A DNA stretch of 64,000 bases, taken from NCBI GenBank assembly GCA_963708025.1, contig CAVPSB010000031.1:128001-192000 (forward strand), read 5' to 3'. Origin of the DNA: an uncultured Candidatus Rokubacteria bacterium. GTDB taxonomy: Bacteria; Methylomirabilota; Methylomirabilia; Rokubacteriales; DASRDR01. Of the stretch, positions 52,171 to 63,028 are shown piece by piece; positions within the stretch are counted from its first letter, which is position 1, and each line of letters opens with the position of its first letter. The notes beneath the pieces are model-generated. The model made no database searches, was not told the origin of the DNA, and was given only the letters and a program-made list of their open reading frames with translations. The position numbers and the translations under genes were made by a program.

Positions 52171-52403
52171 TCCTCCGCACCGCCACCGTTGTCGGCGCCG
52201 GCTGACGTTACGTCCCCCCGGGGAGACCCGGGTCGAGAAAGTTGACTTAGCCCCTCTGTGAGCGCTCAACAGATTGTCCGCCGGGATGATACGGCTGATG
52301 GGCAGGCCCGCGAACTGGGGGCGGAGACGGAAAGGTCGCCAGCCACCCGCTTCATGGCCACCTCCGGGAACAGCCGGGAGCTACGCTGGGGGGCGGCGAC
52401 AGG

Positions 52404-53450
52404 TCAACCGGCCCGGACGGGTGGCTCGGACGCGCGCGCTACTGGGACTCGAGACGCTTCGGGAGGAGCAGTGGCGGCTCCCCGGTGCCCGCGCGTGGCG
52501 GCCCACCGCTCGCGATAGCCCCGGATCACGCCGCGGCAGAATCGCAGCGTCATGTACGCGTCGTACCCGTGCTGCCCGCCCAGTCGCGCCACGATCCAGC
52601 GAAGGGCGGCGATCCCGGCGACCCAGGACAGCCGCAATGGCAGACGCGAGACATGATCCTGGTGGCAAAAGGCTCTCAGCCGCGGCTCTCGCTCGAGGCG
52701 AGGATGGATCCTCCCCGTGAGGATTCCGTAGACGGCCTGCGCCTCGAAGTTGTCGGCGATGTGTTTCAGGCTGCACTTGCGGGCCGGCACGAAGTGCCGC
52801 ACGAACGCGCCGGGGAGATACCACGGCTGCATCCCCCGCCGGCGAAGCCGGTCCATGAGGTCGAACGCCTCGCCGAGGCGACGCCGGCCGAGTGAGGCGT
52901 CGAGGCCGAGGCGAGTGTCGAACCCACCCGCGGCGCGCACCACGTCGGCAGGACAGGCCCAGTTGGCGGGCGCCAAGCGCTCACGGGTCGTCAGGATCCG
53001 GGCGGGCGGGCCCCAGTCGATCCCCGTCACCGAGAGCCCGGCGAAGGGGAGAAGCTCTTCCTCAGGCCTGGCGGTCTCGTACTCGGAGCCTAGCGGGCCG
53101 CCGAAGTAGAACCCGCGGGGCCGCTCCCGGTGCGCCGCGACGTACGTCGCGATCCACCCCTCGCACGGCGTCACGTCGTCGTCGGTGAAAACGAGCAGAC
53201 GGCCACGGGCGGCCGCCAGCCCTGCGTTTCGAGCATGGCTCAGGCCCTGCCTCGGTTCCTTGACGTATACCAGCGGTACCTTGCGCTTGAACTGCTGCGC
53301 CACTTCAGGAGTGTCGTCGGTGCAGTTGTTGTCGACCAGGACCAACTCCCATTCGAGGTCGCCGGCAACGACACACCGTGAAATCGCGTCGAGGGTGAGG
53401 GCAAGGCGGGCTGCGTTATTCCATGTGGAAATCATCACCGACACGTCCAT
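52404..53450 (-). CDS. glycosyltransferase family 2
   Basis: VSVMIST.N, VDNNCTD, GLSHARNAG, FTDDD. Confidence 0.9.
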   Translation of the reverse strand: MDVSVMISTWNNAARLALTLDAISRCVVAGDLEWELVLVDNNCTDDTPEVAQQFKRKVPLVYVKEPRQGLSHARNAGLAAARGRLLVFTDDDVTPCEGWIATYVAAHRERPRGFYFGGPLGSEYETARPEEELLPFAGLSVTGIDWGPPARILTTRERLAPANWACPADVVRAAGGFDTRLGLDASLGRRRLGEAFDLMDRLRRRGMQPWYLPGAFVRHFVPARKCSLKHIADNFEAQAVYGILTGRIHPRLEREPRLRAFCHQDHVSRLPLRLSWVAGIAALRWIVARLGGQHGYDAYMTLRFCRGVIRGYRERWAATRGHRGAATAPPEASRVPVARASEPPVRAG

Positions 53451-53929
53451 GTCACACCTCCCGACCGCGTCTCACCTTGACCGCGTTCGCCTCGCCTGCC
53501 TGCGGGACGCCCGACCCGCCTTCCCATCGCTTGCGGGCGAAGAGCGCCGGCGCTTCGGCATCGAGCCCTCGGAAGGACTGCCCGCTCATCTCGAGCCTCG
53601 TGGCGGTACGGTCGGCTCCGTCCCTCCTACCGCGAGTGCCACGGAGGGGTTGCGGCAAGTTCGCGCTCGTGCAGACAGCAAACCTCGTGCCGGAGCGGAT
53701 CTTATTGAGAAAGCGTTGGTGCGGCCCGATGATCCCCGGTGGCACCATCGCCCGGTATGCAGGGCGGCGGCTTATCATTGACAGTTCCCTGCACAACCTG
53801 AGGCACGGGCCCCGACGCCGGGCGAAGCGCGTGGGAACTCGAAACGCACCCTTCCCCGGCGCCGACGACCCACGCGCCCCCGGATAGATTGCTCGAGTGC
53901 CGAGGGATCCGGGGACGCGCCGCGAGCGA

Positions 53930-55129
53930 TCAGCCCTGCTCGCCCCCTCGTGCGGCGTGGCTTTCCTCGGCGGGTCGCCGGAGGGCGCCGGATTCGCCCG
54001 CGGTGCGCGTCTCGCTGCGCTCGTGCCGGACCGTGCCCGCGGCGGCCAGGGCGAGTTCCGGCCTCGCTGCCGCCGCCTCGCTTCTTCGGGTCAGGCGCCG
54101 GGGCAGTGCGCTCGAGACCGAGCAGTGAAGCGCGCCCAGCGAACGGGCAGTGCGACGCAGCATCTCGAGATACACGAAGTACGCATCCTCGCGATTACCG
54201 GACTGACCGTTTCGAGCGAGACTCGCCGATGCCCAGCGCCAGAACCATCTGATCAACGCGGTGAGCTCATCGCGCGGGGCATAGTTGCCGAGTTGCTGCG
54301 CCCCGTATCCCCAGCCGAATTGTTGCTTGAGCATTCGGCACACCGTGTCGCGATGACGGTGGAACACGAGCGCCGCCCGGCTGTACCGCATCCGAAGACC
54401 GGCGGCGAAAAAGCGGCGGCTGAACTCCTGATCCTGGCCGGTGAGAAACCGCGGGTCGAACAGGCCAATCGCCGCGAACGCCGATCGGCGGAAGGCCACA
54501 TTGGCCGTCACGGCAAACGGTCGGGCGGAATTCAGGGCGGCCAGTTGCCACAAGGGCCGGCGTCTCGCCGCATAGCGCTCTACCGCAGTCCGTGGCGGAT
54601 ACGCCACGATCTCTCCCGCGACCCCCGACACCTCGGGGATCCCGAACTCGGCGGCGAGGGTGCGCAACCAGCCGACGGTCACCACGCAATCGGCGTCTGT
54701 GAATGCCAGGATGTCCCCTCGGCTGGCTTCGATGCCTCGATTGCGGGCCCGCGAGGGGCCGCGCCGGAGCTCCAGGAGATAGGTTACCGGGTAACTCCGA
54801 ATGATCTGTGGGGTCCGATCGGTGGACCCATTGTCTACCACGATGATCTCGCGGGAGGCAGTCGGGAAGTCGGCATTCAGAATCGACTGAATGCAATCTC
54901 CGATCGTGCGCTCACCATTTCGAACGGGGACGACCACGGAGACCACAGGCGCTCGACGGCGAGTGACGGAGGAGCGATCCGTGCGGGCTTCGCGTTCGGG
55001 TTCCGACTCCAAGCGCGCGTCCCTCGCCACCGTCCCGGTCGCGTTCGTCTCAGGAGCCTCGGTCCGGGAGGGGGTCGTCGGCTCCTTCACGTCGGGAGCG
55101 GAAGACGTCGCAATATGGGCCAGTCCCAC
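53930..55129 (-). CDS. glycosyltransferase family 2 (start uncertain)
   Basis: VSVVVPVRN, VDNGSTD, ARNRG, FTDADC, GQDQEF. Confidence 0.88.
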   Translation of the reverse strand: MGLAHIATSSAPDVKEPTTPSRTEAPETNATGTVARDARLESEPEREARTDRSSVTRRRAPVVSVVVPVRNGERTIGDCIQSILNADFPTASREIIVVDNGSTDRTPQIIRSYPVTYLLELRRGPSRARNRGIEASRGDILAFTDADCVVTVGWLRTLAAEFGIPEVSGVAGEIVAYPPRTAVERYAARRRPLWQLAALNSARPFAVTANVAFRRSAFAAIGLFDPRFLTGQDQEFSRRFFAAGLRMRYSRAALVFHRHRDTVCRMLKQQFGWGYGAQQLGNYAPRDELTALIRWFWRWASASLARNGQSGNREDAYFVYLEMLRRTARSLGALHCSVSSALPRRLTRRSEAAAARPELALAAAGTVRHERSETRTAGESGALRRPAEESHAARGGEQG

Positions 55130-55204
55130 TCCGCCGCCCTTTCGGCACCTTCGTCCCGGTAGATGTCGGAACGCGGGGCTCCGAAGAGTCCAGGTAGTGC
55201 CGCG

Positions 55205-55303
55205 AGCGTAGGGCAAGCGCGTCAATCCTGTCAATGCGCAGGAGTTTTCACATCTCGGCAAAGTTTCTGCTTATTGACACTCCGGATCGTGTCGACCTAA
55301 GCT
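55205..55303. promoter_or_regulatory. back-to-back sigma70 promoters
   Basis: minus strand: TTGACA(55234-55229)-18-TACGCT; plus strand: TTGACA(55274-55279)-18-TAAGCT. Confidence 0.55.
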
Positions 55304-55343
55304 CCGCCCAAGACGCGGTTGCCGCTCTCGCGCCGGACCAGAC

Positions 55344-56624
55344 ATGTCGAGCGTAGTAGCGAGTCCGAAATCTTCTCAGCGTGCGCCGAGCTCACCGCCC
55401 GCCGAGACCCCGGCCCGTCGACAGCCGTCGCCATCCCGGGCGATGACCCGTCGGTTGCTGCTGGCCGCCATCGCCCCCGACCCCACCGCATTGGCGGCGA
55501 TCGGCGCCGTCGCGGGAGAACGGTTGGACTGGGATTGGCTTCTCGAGCGCGCCCGGGCCCACAAGGTGGCGGCACTGCTGGCCGCGCGCGTCGTCGAGCA
55601 GGCGTGGGCCGTTTCTTTGCCGGCAGGGGTCCGCGGTGTGCTCGACGAGATCCGCGGTCAGGCGCAACGGCGCACAGCGGGGGCGCGCCGTACGCTTCAA
55701 GAGGTGGCCCGGGCATTGACGGCCGGAGGGATTCCCTTCGTCGTCCTCAAGGGCAGCGTCCTGGCTGAGCAAGCGTACGGGGATCCCGTTCGGCGCCCCT
55801 TCTACGACGTCGATCTGTTGGTGCCGCTTCAGCGGCTCGATGACGCCGAGGCCGCGCTGATCGCGCTCGGCTACCGGTTTTACTCGCCACCGCTTAAGGC
55901 CCTCACGTTCGTACCCGCGAGCCGCCGTCCGGTTGGCCCCCCGGATGCCCGGGTCCCTGAACGCGTGGCCCGGGCGTTGTACCGAACCTATCACTACCAT
56001 TTCGTCTACCTCCCGCCGCCGGAGGACGAGCGCCTCCCCGTTGAACTGCACTGGCACGTCGCCACCCCCCGCACGTTCCCCGCTGGTCCCAGCGCGCTGT
56101 GGGCGCACGCGACGCCGACGGTCGTGGCCGAGACCAATGTGCAGGTACTCGACCTCGAGACCACCCTCGTGTATGTCGCCATGCACGCCATCAAGGACGG
56201 CGCGGCGAGGTTCCGGTTGCTCCATCTCTGCGACGTCGCATGGCTGCTGGCGCGCTTCGGCCACTCCTACCAGCCCCATCGCGTGTGGACCATCGCCACC
56301 GCCTGGCACGTTCGCCATCACTTGGCGCGCGCGCTCGAGGCGGCCCGGCATCTCTGGGCGGTCCCCGGCGTCCCCCTTCCGGCCTCGCGCGGGACCGTCG
56401 ACCGCCTGCTCCACCTGTGTTTCCGGTTGGCCGGGGACCCGTGCCTGATCGGCGCACCCAGGTCCCGCGGTGGCTTTCGCGGCTTGGCCGGCGACCTCCT
56501 GACCGAGACGCTGTGGGAACTGGCGCTGGCCCGACTTCCCCGGCGGGCGGCCCGCCGCCTCCTGGCTGCCGGCCGAGTCCGGCTCCCGCGACTCCGCGCC
56601 ACTTCCTCATCCGCTGAGCCGTGA
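55344..56624 (+). CDS. nucleotidyltransferase family protein (NTP_transf_5-like; alternative start 55443)
   Basis: LDWDWL, VVLKGS.LA, R...DVDLLV, VELHW, HLCDVA. Confidence 0.85.
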   Translation: MSSVVASPKSSQRAPSSPPAETPARRQPSPSRAMTRRLLLAAIAPDPTALAAIGAVAGERLDWDWLLERARAHKVAALLAARVVEQAWAVSLPAGVRGVLDEIRGQAQRRTAGARRTLQEVARALTAGGIPFVVLKGSVLAEQAYGDPVRRPFYDVDLLVPLQRLDDAEAALIALGYRFYSPPLKALTFVPASRRPVGPPDARVPERVARALYRTYHYHFVYLPPPEDERLPVELHWHVATPRTFPAGPSALWAHATPTVVAETNVQVLDLETTLVYVAMHAIKDGAARFRLLHLCDVAWLLARFGHSYQPHRVWTIATAWHVRHHLARALEAARHLWAVPGVPLPASRGTVDRLLHLCFRLAGDPCLIGAPRSRGGFRGLAGDLLTETLWELALARLPRRAARRLLAAGRVRLPRLRATSSSAEP

Positions 56625-57533
56625 TCAGCGCCCTGAACCCAGCAGGACCGGAGCGGGAGCTGTCCGAGCTCATCAAGAGGGTCGGCTCGCGTCTCGTCGA
56701 AGCCAAGCGCTTGACCCGGTGGGTCTCGCCTCAGCACCGACGTGCCTCCTGGCTCCTGCGCTTTGCCGACGGCCGGGCGTTCAAAGGTCGGCGGCTCGCC
56801 TCGGCCGCCGGTGCGCGGCGGGTGGAGGCGCTGCTGGCGTCTCTGGGCGAGCGTCACTTCCCGCGCCTGCTCGCGCGTCACGGCCCGACCCTGCTCCTGG
56901 AGTGGGTCGACGGCCGGTCGCTCCTCGACACCGAGTGGAAGCCGCTGGTACTGACTCGCTGCGGGGCATTGCACGGCTGGATCCACACGCGCCCGGTACC
57001 GGACGGGATGGCCCTCCGGTGCCGACGGCCGAGATGGGGAAAGCGGCTCGAGCGCGGACTGGCGATCCTGGTCGGACGCGGCGTGCTCGGTGAGCGTGAG
57101 GCAGCGGCGCTGGGCAGTGCCGCCAGCGCCGCCGCCCACGGTCGCCCACGGCATCGTCCACCGGGATCTCTGCGCCGACAACCTGGTGGTCCGCGCTTCC
57201 GGGAAGCTATGCCCGGTCAACAACGAGACATTGGCCGTCAACGCTTACGCGTACGACCTGGGGCGGACGTGGTATCGCTGGCCGATGCGCCCGGACCAGC
57301 GGGCGGCCTACTTCGAGGGATATCGTCGCTACCGCAGCCCCGCGGATTTCTGGGCTCACTCCCGCTATTGGACCACCCTGGTCCTCGTCGAGTCCGCGGG
57401 GTGGCACCTCCGTCTCGGCACGGCCGGCGCCGCCGTGCCCCTCCGGCGACTGCACGAACTGCTGCGCGACGAACTCGCCGAGCCGCCCGGCGCCGCCTCC
57501 GGCGCTCTCGGCGAACGGTCCCTCGCCCGATGA
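56621..57533 (+). CDS. aminoglycoside phosphotransferase/choline kinase-like protein (frameshift near 57125)
   Basis: FKGR, LLLEWVDG, VHRDLCADN, YDLGRT. Confidence 0.75.
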
Positions 57534-58657
57534 GCGACCGCCTGATGAGCTTCCGCTACAACGGCCTCACCGCACGAGTCTCCAGTGCCGACCCGCGGGA
57601 TCTCGTCTGGCTTCGGGAATTTCTGGCGCCGGCATTCGAGGAGGTTCGCACCAGCGACGCCGACTGCACGGTGACACTGACCATCGATACCCGTCGCTAT
57701 ATGGAGTTCGTGCGAGCCGGGCCCCAATCCGATGGCGGGCAGCTCGCGTGCTTCGCGTTGGACGGGAGTGTGGTGCGGCTCCCCCTCTGGACCGCCGGCC
57801 CCAGTACCCGCGTGCTCCGAGACGATCCACTGCGCGTTTTCTACATCCTCGATCCGGCCCGCACCGAAGTGTGCGTGCTCTCACCACGACACAACCGAAA
57901 GGCCCGGATGGCGCTGATGCGGGTGGTTCGCGAATTTGCCATGACGCATTCCTGGAAGAGCGGCGGCCTCCTCGTCCATGGAGCCGCCCTGGCGGTGGAC
58001 GGGAAGGCCGTCGTGTTGGCGGGCCCCAAGAAGGCGGGGAAGACGTCGCTGCTAACCCATCTGTTACGTTCTCGGGCGGCCACCTTCGTCGCGAACGACC
58101 GCACGCTGGTCACGCTCACCGGGCATGGGCCTGCCGTACGGGGGATGCCGACCATTGTGACGCTGCGCCCGCGCATGCTGAAGATCTTTCCGGGTCTCCG
58201 CGCGACCCTGGAGCGGCGTGGCTACCATCATTCCCTGACACTGGACGAGGCCAGGGGAGGAGAGAGCCCGCCGGCGCCACGGCCGCCTGACGCCGGCGTC
58301 GGGCTCACCGCCAGCCAGTTCTGCGAAGTCCTTGGGGCCGGACTCAGCCCGCAGGCCGGTGCCGCGGCCCTCGTCCTGCCCCGCGTGACGGGCGAACCAG
58401 GCTCAATACGCCTGGAGCCGCTCTCAGCCGACATCGCGGCCGTCCGGCTGGCTGACTCCCTCGTCGGCGGTCGCCGGTCGGGCAGCACGTCAAGCGTCTT
58501 CGACGTCGCCCCCGGCCGCTCACCCACCGACCCCACCGCCCTCGAACGGCTCTGCCGCGACTTCACATCTAGGGTGCGTTGCTTCCAATGCGACCTGGGA
58601 CGCGACGCGTATCAGAGCGCGTCGGCCGAGAGCTTTCTGGAGGGCGTGCTGAGATGA
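57530..58657 (+). CDS. HPr-kinase-related P-loop kinase
   Basis: LLVHGAAL, GPKKAGKTS, FVANDR. Confidence 0.78.
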   Translation: MSDRLMSFRYNGLTARVSSADPRDLVWLREFLAPAFEEVRTSDADCTVTLTIDTRRYMEFVRAGPQSDGGQLACFALDGSVVRLPLWTAGPSTRVLRDDPLRVFYILDPARTEVCVLSPRHNRKARMALMRVVREFAMTHSWKSGGLLVHGAALAVDGKAVVLAGPKKAGKTSLLTHLLRSRAATFVANDRTLVTLTGHGPAVRGMPTIVTLRPRMLKIFPGLRATLERRGYHHSLTLDEARGGESPPAPRPPDAGVGLTASQFCEVLGAGLSPQAGAAALVLPRVTGEPGSIRLEPLSADIAAVRLADSLVGGRRSGSTSSVFDVAPGRSPTDPTALERLCRDFTSRVRCFQCDLGRDAYQSASAESFLEGVLR

Positions 58658-58824
58658 GTGTGAACAGACGTGCCGAACGTGAGTAATGAATTGTAGCGAC
58701 CCCGGTCCCAGCTCGGCCGCGCCGTTCTGGCAGGTCAACGATGCCTGGCGCCGTGCCCGAATGCGACCCCGCGTGCGGAGAGACGAGCGCGCCCTGCCCA
58801 CGAGGCGGTCGTCCGCGTCACCAC

Positions 58825-59770
58825 ATGCTTAGCGTGGTCGTCTGCACGTTCAACCGACCGGAGAAGCTCCGCCGTTGCCTGGGCGCGCTCGTCGATGCCT
58901 GCGACGGGGCCACGTCAGTCGCCGAGCTCGTCGTGGTCAACAACTCTCCCTGCGAGGCCACGCGGCTGGTCGTTCAACGACGTCGCGCGGCGTTGTTCGT
59001 TCGCGGTGCGGTATGTCGCGGAAGGCCGGCGAGGGCTCTCCCATGCTCGAAACACCGGCGTGACTCACGCGGCATTTCCGATCATCGCGTTCACCGATGA
59101 CGACTGTGTTCCGGCGCGCGATTGGATGGCCTCCATCGTGGCCGAGTTCACCGCGAACGAGTCGCTGGCGCTCCTCGGAGGCCGCGTGGAGCCTCTGGAT
59201 GCCTCGGATGAAGGACTTGGCGTTCGCCGCGTCGCCCAACGGACTCGCATCGCTTCCTACGGCCTCTTGAACGAATGCATGATCGGGTGCAATTTCGCCA
59301 TTCGACGTACCGCATTCGATGCCGTCGGCCCGTTCGATGTGCGCCTCGGGAGAGGTACATCGATCGACTCCGGCGAGGACAGGGATTACTTCTACCGTAG
59401 TCTGAAGCGAGAACTCGAGATCGTGTGTTCACCGCGGACACTGGTCTATCACGGGCACGGTAGGCAGAGCCCGAGCGAGATCCAGCGCTGCCGGGACACC
59501 TATGCCACGGGCCGCGGTGCGTTCTACTGCAAGCACATCATGGCCGGGGACCGTGTCATCCTGAAGCGCGCCCTGTCCGAGCTTGCCCATCTTGCCGCCG
59601 CGACCTCGGGGACACGTGCCAGCCGCACAGCCCGCCCCCTCCGAGTGCTCCGTCGCCTCGTCCGAGGCGCACTGTACCTGGTCGCCATGGGCGCGGCCGT
59701 GCCGGTGAGCGCACGCCTGGCCCACGCGCATCCCGGCGGCGCGCATCGGCCGGGGGAGCTGTCCTCATGA
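58825..59770 (+). CDS. glycosyltransferase family 2 (frameshift near 58970)
   Basis: LSVVVCTFNR, GLSHARN.G, FTDDDC, GCNFA, GEDRD. Confidence 0.85.
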
Positions 59771-61392
59771 ATGCCCCCACCAGCGTCCTCCTCTTGGGCT
59801 CCTGTGCGGCCGAGTCGAGCCTGATCTTGGAGTGGGCAGAGGCGGGGGCGCTCCCGACGATCAAGGCACTGATGGCCCGAGGGATGACGGGACGCATCGA
59901 GAGTCTTCCGGGGTTCTTCGTCGGTGCCACGTGGCCCTCCCTGTCCACGGGGGTGACGCCGGCCAAGCACGGAATCCACTCCTGGAAGCAGCTGAAGCTG
60001 GGTAGCTACGAGTTCTACCGTTGTCACGCCGGAATCGACATCAAACGCGAGCCATTCTGGAATGTTCTCAGCCGAGCCGGACGCCGCGTTGCCGTGTTCG
60101 ATGTCCCACACACGTACCCGACGTCGAGTCTGAACGGCATCCAGGTATCCGAGTGGGGCCGGCATGACGCCGATCTTGGTTTCAGCACATGGCCCCCGAC
60201 TCTGAAGGCGGAGATCGAACGTCGCTTCGGCCCGAATCCCCTGAAGACCAGATGCAACGAACTACCGCTCGCCGGAGGCCATGTCGCGTTCCGCGCCATG
60301 CGGGACACCCTGCTCGAAGCCATCGCCCTCAAGGCCCGGCTCACGCGCCACTACCTGCGACAGGGCGGTTGGGACTTCTTCGCCCAGATCTTCACCGAGA
60401 GTCACTGCATCGGTCACCAGTGCTGGCATCTGCACGACGTGGGGCACCCTCGGCACGACCCCGCGATCGTCCGTCGCATCGGCGATCCCGTCAAGGACGT
60501 CTACCGGGCGATCGATCGAGCGCTGGGACAGATCCTGGAGGAGGTTGGCTCCAGTACGACCGTCATCTTCCTGGCGGGACACGGCATGGGCCCGAAGTAC
60601 CAAGCGCAGTTCCTCCTCGATGAGATCCTCGTGCGGCTGGGGGTCGCCGTGCCGATGCCCTCGGAGGGGCAGGCGAACACCGAGCCGTCTCAGGGCAACG
60701 AGCCGGGGCCGCTCGACCCGCTGAAGCGTCTGGTCAGATGGGCGTCGAACCGTACACCCGACGCGGTTCACTATCGGATGGCGCCCGTGTATGCTCGCGT
60801 GCGCCGGTGGCGGGATGGACCTCCCCGACCACCGAGGGCGAGGATCGACCCGGCAGCGAGCCGATGCTTTCCCGTGGAGAACAATTTCGCGCATGGCGGC
60901 CTGCGCATCAACCTGGTCGGGCGTGAACCGAACGGCACGGTCCGAGCCGGAGCCGAATGCGAGGAGCTCTGCCGGCAGCTGATGGCCAGCTTCGAGGAGA
61001 TCACCGATCTCGAAACCGGCAAGCCCGTGGTTGCCCGGGTGATCCGAACCTCCGAAGTGTATCGCGGGGAGTATCTCGATCACCTACCCGATCTGATCGT
61101 GGACTGGAACAACGAGGCGCCGGTCTACGGCGTCCGCTCCCCTCGGATCGGGGAGATCCGCGGCGAATACACCTACCGCCGAACGGGAGACCACCGTCGG
61201 GATGGCTTCTTCGTTGCCACGGGTCCGGCCATCCCTCGCGGCCAGCTGGATCGGACCGTTTCCATCCTCGATTTCGCGCCGACCATCAGCCGGCTTCTCG
61301 GAGTCGATCATCCCGAGGTGGACGGCGCACCGATTCCCGAACTGCTCGGCGCCGCGCCCGTGGTCTCGGCCGGCCGGTACCGCGAGCGGTGA
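59767..61392 (+). CDS. alkaline phosphatase superfamily (nucleotide pyrophosphatase/phosphodiesterase-like)
   Basis: LPTIKAL, WPSLSTG..P.KHG, FW..LS.AG, GHGMG, PDL, GDH..DG, LDFAPT. Confidence 0.85.
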   Translation: MNAPTSVLLLGSCAAESSLILEWAEAGALPTIKALMARGMTGRIESLPGFFVGATWPSLSTGVTPAKHGIHSWKQLKLGSYEFYRCHAGIDIKREPFWNVLSRAGRRVAVFDVPHTYPTSSLNGIQVSEWGRHDADLGFSTWPPTLKAEIERRFGPNPLKTRCNELPLAGGHVAFRAMRDTLLEAIALKARLTRHYLRQGGWDFFAQIFTESHCIGHQCWHLHDVGHPRHDPAIVRRIGDPVKDVYRAIDRALGQILEEVGSSTTVIFLAGHGMGPKYQAQFLLDEILVRLGVAVPMPSEGQANTEPSQGNEPGPLDPLKRLVRWASNRTPDAVHYRMAPVYARVRRWRDGPPRPPRARIDPAASRCFPVENNFAHGGLRINLVGREPNGTVRAGAECEELCRQLMASFEEITDLETGKPVVARVIRTSEVYRGEYLDHLPDLIVDWNNEAPVYGVRSPRIGEIRGEYTYRRTGDHRRDGFFVATGPAIPRGQLDRTVSILDFAPTISRLLGVDHPEVDGAPIPELLGAAPVVSAGRYRER

Positions 61393-62648
61393 AGCGCTCG
61401 CCGCCCCTCACCAAGCCCGACACGATGAATGTCCGGACCGGCTGGCCGGCGCCGGCCCTCGGCGACATCGGCCTCATCAGCCTCGATGACCACCGGTGGG
61501 AGGAACCCTGGCGCTCCATCCACCACCTTCTCTCCGGGATATCCCGATACTTCCACGTCGTCTGGTGCAATCCCCCTCGGTCGTGGAGGGATCTCGGACA
61601 GCGCCACACCGCGGCGTGGGATCCGAGGATCTTCCGGGAATCCAGTCCACCCGCGTTGACGGTCTACGAACCCGAGAAGTGGCTCCCGGCCGTCGGGCGG
61701 CCGGGCTTCGTGGCCCGGTGGACCAGGCGCGAGCGGCTGCGTCGGGCACGCGCCCTACTTCGAGCACGTGGCTGCCGGAAGATCGTGCTGTTCCTCAGCC
61801 TGCCGGAGTACGGCTTCGCCCTGGACGAGGCGGATCACGATCTGAGCTGCTATCGAGTCAGCGACGAGTATACGTTTTCGGTGACCGAGCGACCCATCGA
61901 CGAATCCGAGGCCCGCCTGATGTCGCGTGTCGATCGGGTCTTCGTGCTCTCTCCGGCCATGCTGGAGAAGAAGGGGCACCTGAACCCCGCGACGCTGTGG
62001 GTGCCGAACGGCGTGGACTACGCGGCCTACGCCACTGAGCACGGCGAACCCCCGGATCTCGCTTCGGTGCCGCGCCCGCGGATCGGATACGTCGGGATCA
62101 TCAAGGACCAGCTGGATCTGCCGCTGCTGACCGCTCTGGCCCGGCGACACGCAGCGTGGTCGTTCGTCCTGGTCGGGCCCAAGGGGATGCTCCGCCGGAG
62201 CACAGTCGTCCTCGAGGCGCTTCTCGCCCTGCCGAACGTATACTGGCTCGGCGCCAAGCCGCTCGGCGAGCTCCCCGCGTATGTCCAGCACCTGGACGTC
62301 TGTATGCTGATCTATCGGCTGGATGGATATACGAAGTTCGTGTACCCGCTGAAACTGCACGCGTACCTGGCGAGTGGACGCCCCGTCGTCGGCGCGCCAA
62401 TCCGCACGTTGCAGGATTTCTCGTGTGCGGTGCGGCTGGCCGAGACGCAGGACGAATGGTCCCGGGCGATCAGTGAGCTTCTCTCGCCCGGTGCCGTCTC
62501 GTGGAGCGCGGTCGAAGACCGCCGCCGGATCGCCCGGCAGCACGACTGGTCGGGTCTGGTGGCGATGATCGTGCGGAGCATCTGCGAGAGCCTGGACTCC
62601 ACGTATGTCTCGCGCTTCGACACCGCCTCTCGCGGCCTGACAGACTGA
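61389..62648 (+). CDS. GT-B glycosyltransferase (TuaH-like)
   Basis: VPNGVD, RPRIGYVG, YPLKLHAYLASGRPVV. Confidence 0.88.
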   Translation: MKRSPPLTKPDTMNVRTGWPAPALGDIGLISLDDHRWEEPWRSIHHLLSGISRYFHVVWCNPPRSWRDLGQRHTAAWDPRIFRESSPPALTVYEPEKWLPAVGRPGFVARWTRRERLRRARALLRARGCRKIVLFLSLPEYGFALDEADHDLSCYRVSDEYTFSVTERPIDESEARLMSRVDRVFVLSPAMLEKKGHLNPATLWVPNGVDYAAYATEHGEPPDLASVPRPRIGYVGIIKDQLDLPLLTALARRHAAWSFVLVGPKGMLRRSTVVLEALLALPNVYWLGAKPLGELPAYVQHLDVCMLIYRLDGYTKFVYPLKLHAYLASGRPVVGAPIRTLQDFSCAVRLAETQDEWSRAISELLSPGAVSWSAVEDRRRIARQHDWSGLVAMIVRSICESLDSTYVSRFDTASRGLTD

Positions 62649-63028
62649 CACTCGCGCCCGGCTGGAACATCTCTGCCGGTATCACTCCGCCCCCCACTGG
62701 TCGAGGACCGGGTCCGGCTCCGGACGGATATACATGACACCCGGCAGCGGCCGCCGCGTGTCGCCGTCGCCACCGACGGGCGGAGACGGAGTCTCGCTGG
62801 GTCCGACGTGATCGCGACGGCGCATTGTGTTGACTACCCCCAGGCCCCCGGAGCGGGGGACACGGCGCTGAAGTGGGCGTGTGCGCCGCCTACGTTCCGT
62901 TCCTGCCTGCGTTCCTTGCGAGGGCCTGGCCTGAGACTGATGGTCGTCTTCGGGCAGGTGAACGGGGACGTCTTGCCGGCTCCGGGTGGACCTTTCGGCG
63001 TCTCGATGAGATAGTGGGAATCGGAGCC

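Noticed and set aside
53452-53930. Possible RiPP precursor or ops-like element in the long gap between GT2 genes
   Set aside because: No leader/core pattern in the short ORFs; GCGGTAG match is too short to support
56621-58657. 678-aa kinase fusion in the ORF track
   Set aside because: A frameshift near 57125 joins two genes; the APH domain ends at 57533 with an ATGA overlap into the next gene
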